A DNA stretch of 64,000 nucleotides from an uncultured Candidatus Saccharibacteria bacterium (GCA_964586065.1 CAZPFW010000001.1:195614-259613); one strand, 5' to 3'; positions 29,277 to 39,345 are shown, counted from the stretch's first letter. The notes: generated by a model not told the origin, from the letters alone. Numbers and translations are program-made.

Positions 29277-30061
29277 GACAGAATACCCTTTCTTTCCCTT
29301 ATGGTTTTAATAAAGATAGAGAGTAAGAAAAAGAGGGTGTTGATTATGATTATTAAAGGTCCTGCTAAAAAGCCAGTAGCTTTGAAAAGCAAGATTCCAA
29401 AAAAAGCTGACATTATCCCAAAAAAAACGGAATAAAAAAGATACTGAGAGAGATTCTTGCTTAAGTTTCTGGAAGTGCAGACCGGAATGGCAACCAAGGC
29501 GGCCGTTAAAAGACCTCCGACCACCTTTACACCCAGTGCTACTATGGTTGCAACAGACAACAGATACAAGAAATTATATCTCTTAATATTGACACCTTCC
29601 GCTTTTGCCAAGTCTTCCGATATATTGATCAAAGTAATTTTGGAATATATCTCTCTTACAACCAAAATAACAACAACGGATAAGATGACCGAAAACAGAA
29701 CTTCATTACCACTCACTTTTGTAATGTCTCCAACTAAAGCCGTCTCCGCTTGATCTATCGGCAAGAACAAGAAAGAAAAAGCTACTCCCGAAGCAAAGAC
29801 AACGGCTGTCAGCGCCTCCATTGGAAGTTTTGTTTTCACTTCCAAAAACCATATAAGAACAGCTCCTAAGAAAACAAAAGGGAAAGCTCCGATGGAGATA
29901 TCAAATCCATAAACAAGAGCTATTGCGATTCCGGGCAAAGTCAGATGACCCAACGGTCCAGCTGCTAAAGCCATCTTCTTTGAAAACATCAATGTTCCCA
30001 AAAGTCCGGCTGCTCCTCCAATAAAAATAGCTGCCGTTAAGCTTAAAAAAAGTTGATCCAT
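29273..30061 (-). CDS. Metal (Zn/Mn-type, ABC-3) ABC transporter permease
   Basis: 262-aa polytopic protein with ABC-3 family hydrophobic pattern, adjacent to the ZnuC-like ATPase. Confidence 0.8.
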   Translation of the reverse strand: MDQLFLSLTAAIFIGGAAGLLGTLMFSKKMALAAGPLGHLTLPGIAIALVYGFDISIGAFPFVFLGAVLIWFLEVKTKLPMEALTAVVFASGVAFSFLFLPIDQAETALVGDITKVSGNEVLFSVILSVVVILVVREIYSKITLINISEDLAKAEGVNIKRYNFLYLLSVATIVALGVKVVGGLLTAALVAIPVCTSRNLSKNLSQYLFYSVFFGIMSAFFGILLFKATGFLAGPLIIIINTLFFLLSIFIKTIRERKGILS

Positions 30062-30067
30062 CTTCTT

Positions 30068-30754
30068 TTAGTCATTATGATGTACATAAAACTTAACTTC
30101 CTCTCCATAGAGTTGGTATAACTTATCTTGATCAAGAACTTCTCTTGGAACTCCTTTACAAACTGAAGATCTGTTTAAGCAGATAACGTAATTGGAAAAT
30201 TTAAATACCACACTAAGATCGTGGGTAATGATAAATATCGTCAAATCTCTGTCTTTTCTTATTCTTTCCAACAGATTATAGACAGTCTCTTCGGCAACAA
30301 TGTCTATCCCTGTCGTCGGCTCGTCAAAAAACAAGACATTAGGATCTTTTAAGAGAGCCCAAGCGATCAATATTCTTTGAAATTGCCCCGAAGAAAGATC
30401 TCCGATCTTTTTCCCTAAAAAATCATCCTTGATTCCGACTGAATTCAATGCTTCTTTTATCTTTTCTATCGAGCTCTCTTTCAGTTCAAAAAAGTCTTGA
30501 ACGCTCATCGGTGTCTCTTTTATAAAAGGCAATCTTTGAGGGACGTAACCTATCTTAACACTTTCCTTCCAGTCTATCTTTCCGTTGTAGGGAAATATTC
30601 CCAAAAGAGTTTTTAACAAAACTGTTTTTCCAGCTCCATTGGGTCCTAAAATGGTTAAAACATCTCCTTTACTCACCTCAAAAGAGAGATCTTCTATAAT
30701 CTTTCTATTATCTAATTTCACATTAAGATTCTTGACTTCCAATATAGTCGCCAT
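30068..30754 (-). CDS. Metal ABC transporter ATP-binding protein (ZnuC-like)
   Basis: GPNGAGKTVLLK, LSSGQFQRILIAWAL, LFFDEPTTGID. Start preferred at MATILEVKNL (30754) rather than 30787. Confidence 0.88.
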   Translation of the reverse strand: MATILEVKNLNVKLDNRKIIEDLSFEVSKGDVLTILGPNGAGKTVLLKTLLGIFPYNGKIDWKESVKIGYVPQRLPFIKETPMSVQDFFELKESSIEKIKEALNSVGIKDDFLGKKIGDLSSGQFQRILIAWALLKDPNVLFFDEPTTGIDIVAEETVYNLLERIRKDRDLTIFIITHDLSVVFKFSNYVICLNRSSVCKGVPREVLDQDKLYQLYGEEVKFYVHHND

Positions 30755-30829
30755 TATCTTCTTAAGCTTTATTCTCAAAACACTCAACCCAATGTATTGG
30801 GATAAAAAAGTGTCTTAATCATTTTTTAT

Positions 30830-31153
30830 TTATAAAACATCCAAACTGCCACTTTCAAGTTTTTCTAGGTTCTCTTTCACATCCTTGGAAATCGCTTTGT
30901 AAACCGTTATATTATGGTTCTTGAATTTTTCAATAGCCGCCGAACCAAGCCCGAAGACAATTACCGCTTCAACCTGATGACGTTTTAGAAAATCCGGAGG
31001 AGCTTCAGTCTTACCCTCTGCTTCCGGATTTGAGAGATAATCAAAAGTTCCCATATCGGTTTCACAGATAAGAAAACTTTTAGCTCGACCAAAATGATCC
31101 ACAACTTGACTCCCCAATCCTTGCATTTCATCTATCGGTATTGCCACTTTCAT
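30830..31153 (-). CDS. NifB/NifX-like (dinitrogenase FeMo-cofactor-binding fold) domain protein
   Basis: MKVAIP..VVDHFGRAKSFLICE..EAVIVFGLGSAAIEKFKNHNITVY pattern of the Nitro_FeMo-Co family. Confidence 0.75.
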   Translation of the reverse strand: MKVAIPIDEMQGLGSQVVDHFGRAKSFLICETDMGTFDYLSNPEAEGKTEAPPDFLKRHQVEAVIVFGLGSAAIEKFKNHNITVYKAISKDVKENLEKLESGSLDVL

Positions 31154-31488
31154 TTAACTTCTTTTAATTTACCTTTATTAAAATCGTTTAAAAGATCTTC
31201 AGCTGATCCTTTTCCACTGTATACTTTTATCTTGAACTGGCTTAAAACATCAAGAGCCCTGGGTCCGATATTATTGGTTATGACAACGGATGCACCAGTT
31301 TCAGTAACTAATTGCGCCGCCGCAATTCCCGCTTGACCCAACTGACTTGCCACTTGATTCTCAATGATTTCAGTTTTAACTATCTCGCCATCTTTTATCT
31401 CAATGATGGCAAATAAGGGAGATCTTGCAAAGACCTCGCTAATCTCTTTTGCGAGGTCTTTGCTATTTAATGCTATTGCTACTCTCAT
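31150..31488 (-). CDS. NifB/NifX-like domain protein (second copy)
   Basis: MRVAIA..ISEVFARSPLFAIIEIKDGEI..ASVVITNNIGPRALDVLSQFKIKVY; ATGA-type overlap with the next gene. Confidence 0.75.
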   Translation of the reverse strand: MRVAIALNSKDLAKEISEVFARSPLFAIIEIKDGEIVKTEIIENQVASQLGQAGIAAAQLVTETGASVVITNNIGPRALDVLSQFKIKVYSGKGSAEDLLNDFNKGKLKEVK

Positions 31489-31498
31489 CTTTTAATCC

Positions 31499-31798
31499 TT
31501 ATTTCTTATCATTCAATTTAGATAAACGAGCTTCAATCTCTTTCAGCTCTCTTTCAATTTCTTTTTTCTCTTCTTTTAAGATATCCTTTTCCTCCTCTTC
31601 TGTTACATCTAATCCGTAATCGGTTCTCAACCCGTATCCTCCAAATCTTCTTCTGCCAAACCTTCTTCCCGAAAATCTATCTCTGCATCTGAATCCGGAA
31701 TTCATAAATCCCGGTCCGTCATAACCGGTGCAATAACCTCTTCCTCTTCCTGTCGCCGGCCCAAAACCAGCAGGTCCTGTTCCATCTCCTCTTGGCAT
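31499..31798 (-). CDS. DUF5320 family protein
   Basis: MPRGDGTGPAGFGPATGRGRGYC N-terminus and C-terminal charged coiled coil (EEEKDILKEEKKEIERELKEIEARL). Confidence 0.7.
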   Translation of the reverse strand: MPRGDGTGPAGFGPATGRGRGYCTGYDGPGFMNSGFRCRDRFSGRRFGRRRFGGYGLRTDYGLDVTEEEEKDILKEEKKEIERELKEIEARLSKLNDKK

Positions 31799-31850
31799 AG
31801 TTTTAAATAATTAATTGTTTTAATAAATCGACTTTACATCCACTGTTATG

Positions 31851-31879
31851 AATATAGACTCATAATGATTTTTTGTCAA
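31851..31879 (-). promoter_or_regulatory. Sigma70-type promoter for the DUF5320-to-DUF134 gene string
   Basis: TTGACA (31879-31874), 17-nt spacer, TATATT (31856-31851); bracketed by an imperfect inverted repeat (31826-31849 / 31885-31903). Confidence 0.4.
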
Positions 31880-31947
31880 TGATTATAACAACTGAAGTCG
31901 ATTCTGAAAGAGGTAAATTCCCCTATCGTTTGTATTGAGTTGAAATC

Positions 31948-32694
31948 TTAGGCTTGAATTCTGTTAAAAAGGCGACTGCCTATATAAAGAAGAACAAGGG
32001 TTATAAGGGTTAAAACAACGATATCCAAGCCGATACCAAAATGAGCCCCGCCAGCCAAAGTTGCTCTTATTCCATCAACACCATAAGAGAGTGGATTCAT
32101 ACAAGAGATGGTTCTTAATGATTTGGGTAATTCCTCCAGAGGAAAGAGAGCTCCAGACAAGAAAAACAGGGGCATTACCAAGAAATTCATAATCAATTGA
32201 AATCCTTGCATATCTTCCAATATAGACGCAATTGCGGTACCAAAGGCAGCAAAAAGAAGAGCGACTAGAAACATGAAAATCAAACCCAAAGGAATTAGCA
32301 GGAGGTTGTCAATTCTGAATCCGGTAAAGAAAGAGATGAATAAAACAATAATTCCTTGAAGCATAGCTACCGTAGCCCCCCCTAAAGTCCTGCCAATCAT
32401 AATGTTAAAGCGCGAGACCGGAGCAACCAAAGTTTCTTTAAGGAATCCGAATTCTTTATCCCAAATAATCTCAATCCCCGAAAAGAGAGCTGTGAAAAGA
32501 ATGCTTGTTGCAATAATACCGGGTGCCAAGAATTGAATATAGTTACCTCCTCCGGCTCTTTCGTAAATCGGTCCGAATCCGAAACTCATAGCCAAGAGGA
32601 AAAGAAGAGGTTGACCTAATGAGCCTATGACTCTTGCTCGTGATCGAAAATATCTTTTGACTTGTCTTAACCAAAGAATGTATATAGTATTCAT
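31948..32694 (-). CDS. ABC-2 type transporter permease
   Basis: 248 aa, six TM segments, ABC-2 N-terminal motif LWLRQVKRYFRSRARVIGSLGQPLLF. Confidence 0.85.
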   Translation of the reverse strand: MNTIYILWLRQVKRYFRSRARVIGSLGQPLLFLLAMSFGFGPIYERAGGGNYIQFLAPGIIATSILFTALFSGIEIIWDKEFGFLKETLVAPVSRFNIMIGRTLGGATVAMLQGIIVLFISFFTGFRIDNLLLIPLGLIFMFLVALLFAAFGTAIASILEDMQGFQLIMNFLVMPLFFLSGALFPLEELPKSLRTISCMNPLSYGVDGIRATLAGGAHFGIGLDIVVLTLITLVLLYIGSRLFNRIQA

Positions 32695-32705
32695 CTTCCA
32701 AATTA

Positions 32706-33491
32706 TTATCTTCTGCGAATCTTTTGTCGAACTCTCATACGATCAATTGAATTAACCTCCTCCTCGCGGATAACGTTACCCGTAAGCGAAAGAAAAGCTC
32801 CCTCCAATGAATCAGTTTTTGTTTCCTCTTTCAATTCATTTGAATGTCCTTGGGCAATGATTTTACCGTGATCTATAATGGCGATCCTTTGAGCCGTCTT
32901 TTCCGCCTCCTCTATATAGTGAGTTGTAAAAAAGATTGTCATCTGCTCTTCTTTGTTGAGATTTTTAATATAATCCCAGATATGACTTCGAGTCTGCGGA
33001 TCCAATCCCAAAGTCGGTTCATCTAAAAACAATATCTTGGGATGATGAACCAATCCTCGGGCAATCTCCAATCGTCTCTTCATTCCTCCGGAGAAATTTT
33101 TAACAAGTTCTCGCCTGCGATCCCAAAGTTCAACAAATCGTAGCAGATGTTCTATCCTTTTCTTTCTGACATCCTTGGAAACTCCGTAGAGAACTCCGTG
33201 AAACTCCATGTTCTCTATGGCAGTTAATTCGTCGTCCAGGCTCTGATCTTGAAAGACTATCCCAAACGATCGTCGCGCCTCGTCTTTATCTTCAAGAGGA
33301 CTGCTCCCATTTAACGATACAAACCCGCTGGTTGGTCGCAAAAGAGTGGTTAATATCTTAATAGTGGTGGTTTTACCCGCCCCATTGGGTCCCAAAAAAG
33401 CAAAAATCTCTCCTTTATTTACCGAAAGAGATATATCGTCAACAGCGGTCAATCCATTAAACTTCTTAGTTAAATTTTGAATTTTTATCAT
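32706..33491 (-). CDS. ABC transporter ATP-binding protein (DrrA/CcmA-like exporter type)
   Basis: GPNGAGKTTT, FSGGMKRRLEIARGL, LFLDEPTLGLD. Confidence 0.9.
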   Translation of the reverse strand: MIKIQNLTKKFNGLTAVDDISLSVNKGEIFAFLGPNGAGKTTTIKILTTLLRPTSGFVSLNGSSPLEDKDEARRSFGIVFQDQSLDDELTAIENMEFHGVLYGVSKDVRKKRIEHLLRFVELWDRRRELVKNFSGGMKRRLEIARGLVHHPKILFLDEPTLGLDPQTRSHIWDYIKNLNKEEQMTIFFTTHYIEEAEKTAQRIAIIDHGKIIAQGHSNELKEETKTDSLEGAFLSLTGNVIREEEVNSIDRMRVRQKIRRR

Positions 33492-33638
33492 ATGTTTTAA
33501 TTTCGATACAACCTTGTCTTATCCTGATTTTATTATAAGCTCACTAAAAAATAGTGAGAAAAACTGGTCACTTACTTTAATCTTCAAAAAATCGCCCCAC
33601 GGGCGATTGATTAATTCTAACTTATTTTCCATCAATTT

Positions 33639-35351
33639 TCAAGTGGAGATGTCAACTAAGATTCTATCCTTGTTATCAATTTTTTCAACCTCCATATTGA
33701 AAAAAGAACCCGCTTCACTTCGCCAATCGTTTGAAAAACCCCAACCGTTCCAACTCCAAACGGCAAGGTGCTTCCCTTTGCATAAATATCCCTCTTTATA
33801 ATCTCCTTCGATTACAATCAGCTCGTTCTTACCGTCCCCATCGATATCGGCAAACTTAAATTCACAATTTGGCGCGCTAAGATTAGACGAACCCCAAACC
33901 AAATTCAAATCATTTTCATTAAGATCATAGATAAAAAAATGATTTCCAACTTTCTCGTCATCCTCTATCCAGAAGGGTCTTGATGAGCCAAAGCTTCCCT
34001 TTCGCCAAAAAGAGATGTTTAAATTAAGATTTCCATCATTATTGGAATCGGCGATAATGAAATCATCCACCCACCAATTATCCGGTGATCTCCAAATAAC
34101 TTTCAAATCTTCTTCAATCGTCATTTTTCCTTTCTCAAGTGAATATTTTTCCAAAATGGAGTTCTTATTCATATCTGCCCTTTCTATCTTTAAAATATTG
34201 CTCGGCTCGTTCTTTTCCAAATAAATTGTCGGTAATGAATTCTCTTTCATTTCACCTTCCCAATAATAAAATCCTCTCTTTTCCAAAGGAAGATTTAATC
34301 GTTTTAGAATTTTGTTCGCTGTATCTCCGTCTGCAATTGCCGGTTGAGCCAAATGATCCATTCTATAAGGGAAAAATGATATCTTATTAATTTTATCTTT
34401 ATTGAAATGGATCTTTGCCATTACACCTTCTCTTGTTTCTTCAGACCACATCTGATCAAAAACGAAATTACCCAAGCTATAAAAAATATAACCGTTTTTA
34501 TACTTTTCCATCGATTGAACGACGTGAGGATGATGACCGATTACCAAGTCGGCTCCGGCATCTATTGCGCTGTGTGAAAAATCTATCTGTGATTTATTCG
34601 GAGAGTCAGAATATTCTATTCCGGAATGCATAGAAACGATAACGAAATCAGCCTCTTCTTTTGCTTTTTTTACCGCCGAAGTCATCTTATCTATTCTCAT
34701 AAAAGCAGTTCCGGCCCTCTCTTTAACAGCTTCGCGCGTAGCGGGAACAACATCCTCATCGTTGTAAGCGAGAAAAGCGAATCTAATTCCGTTCTTTTTC
34801 ACATAAACCGGTCTGTTTGCCTCTTCTTCGTTCTCACCAGCTCCTACATAACTGATATCGACCTCTCTAAGATACTTGATCGTATCCCTCAAACCCTTCT
34901 CTCCAAAATCAAGTGTATGATTATTGGCCAATGAAACAATAGAGAAACCGGCCTCTTTTAAAGAGTTCTCCACTCCCGGGTTGGAACGGAAGATCATCTG
35001 AAAATTGGGAATTTGTTCTCCTTCTATAATTGGAGTCTCTAAATTCCCGAAAGCCAAGTCTGAATTTTTGATATAATCTTTTACTTTCAGGAAAGGATAA
35101 TTGACGTCTTCCATCCTTTTAATAATCTCTTCCACACCTCTTGAAAAAGAGATATCGCCAACAATAATCAAAGACACTTCTTGACTCTTCTGAGAGAGAT
35201 TATTTCTTTCAATGAGAAGATCATTAAATTCATCATCTTGAGTCTCAAATATCTCCTTCTTCAGAAAGGAGAGGTAGTTGAAGGTTAGAGTAGCGACTGT
35301 GACAAGAAAGAGAATTGATAAAAATAATTGAGACTTCCCCCTCATCTTCAC
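33639..35351 (-). CDS. CapA/PGA_cap metallophosphatase-family protein with C-terminal FG-GAP/VCBS-like repeats
   Basis: VGDISFSRG, GNLETP, ANNHTLDFG, VSMHSGIEY, GHHPHV motifs. C-terminus has DSNNDGNLNL and DIDGDGKNELIV calcium-binding-type repeats. Confidence 0.75.
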   Translation of the reverse strand: MKMRGKSQLFLSILFLVTVATLTFNYLSFLKKEIFETQDDEFNDLLIERNNLSQKSQEVSLIIVGDISFSRGVEEIIKRMEDVNYPFLKVKDYIKNSDLAFGNLETPIIEGEQIPNFQMIFRSNPGVENSLKEAGFSIVSLANNHTLDFGEKGLRDTIKYLREVDISYVGAGENEEEANRPVYVKKNGIRFAFLAYNDEDVVPATREAVKERAGTAFMRIDKMTSAVKKAKEEADFVIVSMHSGIEYSDSPNKSQIDFSHSAIDAGADLVIGHHPHVVQSMEKYKNGYIFYSLGNFVFDQMWSEETREGVMAKIHFNKDKINKISFFPYRMDHLAQPAIADGDTANKILKRLNLPLEKRGFYYWEGEMKENSLPTIYLEKNEPSNILKIERADMNKNSILEKYSLEKGKMTIEEDLKVIWRSPDNWWVDDFIIADSNNDGNLNLNISFWRKGSFGSSRPFWIEDDEKVGNHFFIYDLNENDLNLVWGSSNLSAPNCEFKFADIDGDGKNELIVIEGDYKEGYLCKGKHLAVWSWNGWGFSNDWRSEAGSFFNMEVEKIDNKDRILVDIST

Positions 35352-37666
35352 CTGTCAGTAAAAAGATTAGTCCACTCCGGTTGTGACGGGATTTCCTTAG
35401 AAAGATATGGATCGATCATTTCACGCCATTTTTTATCGGTTAATCTCTCTGATATAGGTTGTTCAAATTCGTAATAAGAATAGACTCCTCCCTTTGCAAT
35501 TCTCAACTCCCCGTCAATCGGAACCACTACATATATTTCAAAAACATCACCAATTGCTTCTTCCAATACTCGTCCGTTGGGATCTGTCGCAACATCAGCA
35601 ACAAGAGCTACCGGATTTTCATCCAGATAAGTTCTGTGAGGAGTATTTTGAAATGACGGCTCGTCTTTATTAATCTCAATCCAGAGATGTTCCAATTGTC
35701 CCCCATAAGAACGCATTAACTCGTAATCATCTTCGGATAAAGACTCATTGTTTAATTCTTTCTCGGATATCGTTTTGAGAAAGAGTGAAAGTTGTTCCAT
35801 TATTTTAAGGTTCTCTTTCATATCGGAACTTAACAAATTGCGCGCCTCCAATCCTTCACTTGTCATTCCTACAAGTGAAGCCAATCGCGCATAGAGATAA
35901 GGATTTGGTTCTACATACCCTCTGTCGTCTTTTTCTTTGAGCTCAAAGCCACTGCCACCCATCTCGGCATAAACTTGTTTAGAATAGAGGATGGTGTCAT
36001 GCTTTAGCTCTGTCCAACTTCCCAAGAAGGTATTAAGATCTTTTCTTTCCCAAGCTTGATTTTGCATAAATGATGGATAGCCTTCACTCTTTTTATTAAG
36101 TAAAGGTTGAAGTTGATAAAGCCAACCCCAATAGAGATTTTGGGTCCACGTTTTAGTGTCAAGATCAGAAGTGTATTCTCTTAATTTCAAGAGGTTTTCT
36201 TTATAACAAGCGTAATCGGTTTCCCCTAAATTATCCAAAATACTGAAAGCTTCTACCGAACCCATCGCAGCTGGAATATCTAATCCTTTTGGTAAACATC
36301 TGGCTCCCGATAAACAACCAGTCTTATCAAACTCATAAGATGAACAAGATGTAGTCTTATCTCCGACATCCCTATAAATAAGGCGTTGGAATATTGAGGC
36401 GTCAATGGTAAATCGTTGCCCCATAAATCGAAACCCCTTAATCTCTTCTTCTCTGTCCGACTGAATCGCTCCTTCAAAAATTGGTATTGAATTGATCCTC
36501 GGAGGCTCAAACTCTTTAATCTCTTGTGAGAATATTAAGAATTTACTCTTATCGTTTAAAATTTCTGATAAATTACCATCGTTATAGATCTGACTCATTA
36601 AATCCTCAAACTGATAGTAGGTTATGTCATCGCTTTTACCGACAAAGAAGTTTATCGGCTCATATATTCTATTCCATCGATTATGATTCTCTTCCTTATT
36701 AAGAGCTGCGGTGATCAGCATCGCCGATCTGATTTCGTCATCGCTTTTCATTCTGAATGTGAGTCGCCCATACCACATCATCGACTTAAAGTAAGCTTTA
36801 AGTTCTTCCGTTTTGTCGTAATGGCCTCTTGGTATGTATTGAGAATAATCTTCGTTTATCGACGATAAGGCTTGCGGTCCTTGGGGAGTATTGATGATTG
36901 CACCTTTCTCGTTTCCTATGTTCATTACCGGCGAAAAATCAATCCCCTTATGATTCTCAATAAGCTCTAACTCTTGATTAACTTCGTTGACAACGATTGA
37001 CGGAATCTCTGATTGAGAATTTAAAAGACTGCTTCCCACAGAAAAGAATCCGACATTTCTCTTAGCGGCCTGCTCCCATTCGGTTCCTTCCAATTCTTGA
37101 TATTGGCTCAATGATTCAAGGAGCATATCGGATGTGAGCTTTTTCAGTTCCGGCAATAATTCCTGTTCTTCCAATCGCCTTAGAAGGCCGGCGAAAACGA
37201 GATGATAATTATGAAGAATTGAATCGGTGGTGATAAAATTCGGTCTGAAATTATATCGATTCGTTTCATATAACGGGAAAAACTCTTTCCAATCGGAAGG
37301 CACCACCACAAAACCGTTTCTGGCAATCAACTCTTTGGCTTTACTGGAGAAATTAAAATCATTAATGTTTGATACATTACTTAAATCTTGGTTGATTGAG
37401 TAGGAAGGAATTTTGGGATCCACATCTACCGATGCTTCTTGATAGGATGCGAATACCGGGTTTGAACTAATGATCGGCCTTTCATCTTCTACTAAAGGTT
37501 CTTCAGTTACTTCTTTGGCAGACTTTGTTAATTTCAAATAAACGATAAAAATGGTGAGAGTTATTATCAAGGTTATCAATATGATTATCTTGATCTTCTC
37601 CGCCCCCCGTCTATTTTGTTTGTTCTTGATAGACTCGGGTATTAGATTTTCAATATTGTTGCTCAT
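35348..37666 (-). CDS. DUF3160-like large TM-anchored protein
   Basis: 772 aa, N-terminal helix. FITTDSILHNYHLVF and IPRGHYDKTEELKAYFKSMMWYGRL resemble the DUF3160 conserved blocks (from memory). ATGA overlap with the CapA-like gene. Confidence 0.55.
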   Translation of the reverse strand: MSNNIENLIPESIKNKQNRRGAEKIKIIILITLIITLTIFIVYLKLTKSAKEVTEEPLVEDERPIISSNPVFASYQEASVDVDPKIPSYSINQDLSNVSNINDFNFSSKAKELIARNGFVVVPSDWKEFFPLYETNRYNFRPNFITTDSILHNYHLVFAGLLRRLEEQELLPELKKLTSDMLLESLSQYQELEGTEWEQAAKRNVGFFSVGSSLLNSQSEIPSIVVNEVNQELELIENHKGIDFSPVMNIGNEKGAIINTPQGPQALSSINEDYSQYIPRGHYDKTEELKAYFKSMMWYGRLTFRMKSDDEIRSAMLITAALNKEENHNRWNRIYEPINFFVGKSDDITYYQFEDLMSQIYNDGNLSEILNDKSKFLIFSQEIKEFEPPRINSIPIFEGAIQSDREEEIKGFRFMGQRFTIDASIFQRLIYRDVGDKTTSCSSYEFDKTGCLSGARCLPKGLDIPAAMGSVEAFSILDNLGETDYACYKENLLKLREYTSDLDTKTWTQNLYWGWLYQLQPLLNKKSEGYPSFMQNQAWERKDLNTFLGSWTELKHDTILYSKQVYAEMGGSGFELKEKDDRGYVEPNPYLYARLASLVGMTSEGLEARNLLSSDMKENLKIMEQLSLFLKTISEKELNNESLSEDDYELMRSYGGQLEHLWIEINKDEPSFQNTPHRTYLDENPVALVADVATDPNGRVLEEAIGDVFEIYVVVPIDGELRIAKGGVYSYYEFEQPISERLTDKKWREMIDPYLSKEIPSQPEWTNLFTDR

Positions 37667-37818
37667 AATGAATTATTAATTTTCTTTTTCAATTATTTTG
37701 TTTTAACCTCCCAAAATCAATCGTTAATTTCATTAAACTTACTTAATCTGTCTCTTATTAATTGCTGATCTTTCTTAAATCGACTCATTTCATAAATCAA
37801 TATTTCGCCTCTCATTTT

Positions 37819-39345
37819 TTATCTCAATTCATAGATCCAAAAACTGTCTCTCTCATAAAGAGTTCCTTCCGGATAGTGTTCTCTTATAAAATTCAATGGG
37901 GCAATCTCTTTATTCATGGTAAAGATGATATCTCCTTTAGTAAACTCCGTTAATTGAATCTGATTCGAGTCAATGAAGACGGCATTGTCGCTCCTTCCAA
38001 CTGTTTTCTCAGTAAATTTAATTACTTCAGTCGGAAGATTCCCTTCACTTTTAATGACATACTTGTTGGTTTCAAGTGGCAAGTCGTTGAGCTCTTTTCC
38101 CAATTCATAAAATCTTACCGTGAAAGCATTTTTGATTTCGGAATTCTTCCCCCAGCAAAAGAAGTAAGAGTAGAATGAAGAAATCGTTATAAAAATCAAC
38201 AACAGATAAAAAGCATTCTTTGTTAAAACGTTTCTCTTCACTTTTTGATAGCAAATATTGGCTCCTATTCCGGCAAAAAGATAAGCGAAAGGAATTACTC
38301 CGATGGTTCTCAATGCATGAGGAATTCCTTCTACAGTAAGAGCGGATGGCAGAATAAAAGAGAATAAAGATATAATCAAAAGAGATATAATGCCAATCTC
38401 ATTTAAATTCTTAAAGTCTTTTTCTCTAAAAGCAGTAATAAGTCTTTTGATTCCCCAAGCAATTCCAATGATAAAAAACAATCCGACTATTACGCCCAAC
38501 TGCGGAGTTCCTGGAATATTGTGTCTCAAGTTGCGATCACCGATAAAATTAAACATTTGAAGATGAATCGCTGTACTCTTGATCAGCTCTTTTATCGGAC
38601 TCTCTTGTGAGAAAACCGAAACTCCCGTAGCTCTGGATATGAAATCTCCCGGAGTTTTAAGAAAATAGATCCCTATCGGCAATGCCACAAGGATCATTGT
38701 TATCATAAAGACTAATGAAAAATGCAAAAATCTGTTTCTCCATCCTTCTTTTATGGAAATAAACAGCCAATAGACCAGGGTAAAGGCTAAAGGAATCACT
38801 GCCATTCTGAAACTGATATAGGTGTGAAAACCCAAACCAAAGACAGCTCCTGATAATATGAAGTTCCAAATGTTCTTTGTGCGAATTCCCCGAAAGAAGA
38901 AATAGAGCGAGAATGTCAAAACCAAAGGAACCAATATTGCTCTAAAGCCTATCCTACTGAAATTTATATGCCAAAAAGATATGGATAAAAAGAAAGCCGA
39001 AAGCAATGCTATCGCTCTTTTACCAGACAATTCCAAGGAGAGGAGATATTGACCAAGAACAGTTAACACTCCGGCTAAAGCCGAAGTCAGTTTAAAAGAC
39101 CAAAGACTTATTCCAAATATTGAAAAAGCAAAAGAGATTAGTAAGAAAAAGAGGCCTTCTCGTCCATGATTTTCGGGATAAAATACTTCAAAATTCTTTG
39201 TCTCGAAGATATTTACTGCGGTATTGGCATTAACAGCTTCATCTGGCCAAAGACCGGGAGGTAAAGAGCTTAACTGCCAAAATCTGAAAAATGTAGCCAA
39301 TGACAAGATGATTAACAAGAGAACGATCGTTTTGTTTTTTCTCAT
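37819..39345 (-). CDS. GT39/ArnT-like (PMT family, GT-C fold) glycosyltransferase
   Basis: 508-aa polytopic membrane protein; N-terminal loop LWPDEAVNANTAV (DE motif) is typical of ArnT/PMT enzymes. Confidence 0.7.
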   Translation of the reverse strand: MRKNKTIVLLLIILSLATFFRFWQLSSLPPGLWPDEAVNANTAVNIFETKNFEVFYPENHGREGLFFLLISFAFSIFGISLWSFKLTSALAGVLTVLGQYLLSLELSGKRAIALLSAFFLSISFWHINFSRIGFRAILVPLVLTFSLYFFFRGIRTKNIWNFILSGAVFGLGFHTYISFRMAVIPLAFTLVYWLFISIKEGWRNRFLHFSLVFMITMILVALPIGIYFLKTPGDFISRATGVSVFSQESPIKELIKSTAIHLQMFNFIGDRNLRHNIPGTPQLGVIVGLFFIIGIAWGIKRLITAFREKDFKNLNEIGIISLLIISLFSFILPSALTVEGIPHALRTIGVIPFAYLFAGIGANICYQKVKRNVLTKNAFYLLLIFITISSFYSYFFCWGKNSEIKNAFTVRFYELGKELNDLPLETNKYVIKSEGNLPTEVIKFTEKTVGRSDNAVFIDSNQIQLTEFTKGDIIFTMNKEIAPLNFIREHYPEGTLYERDSFWIYELR

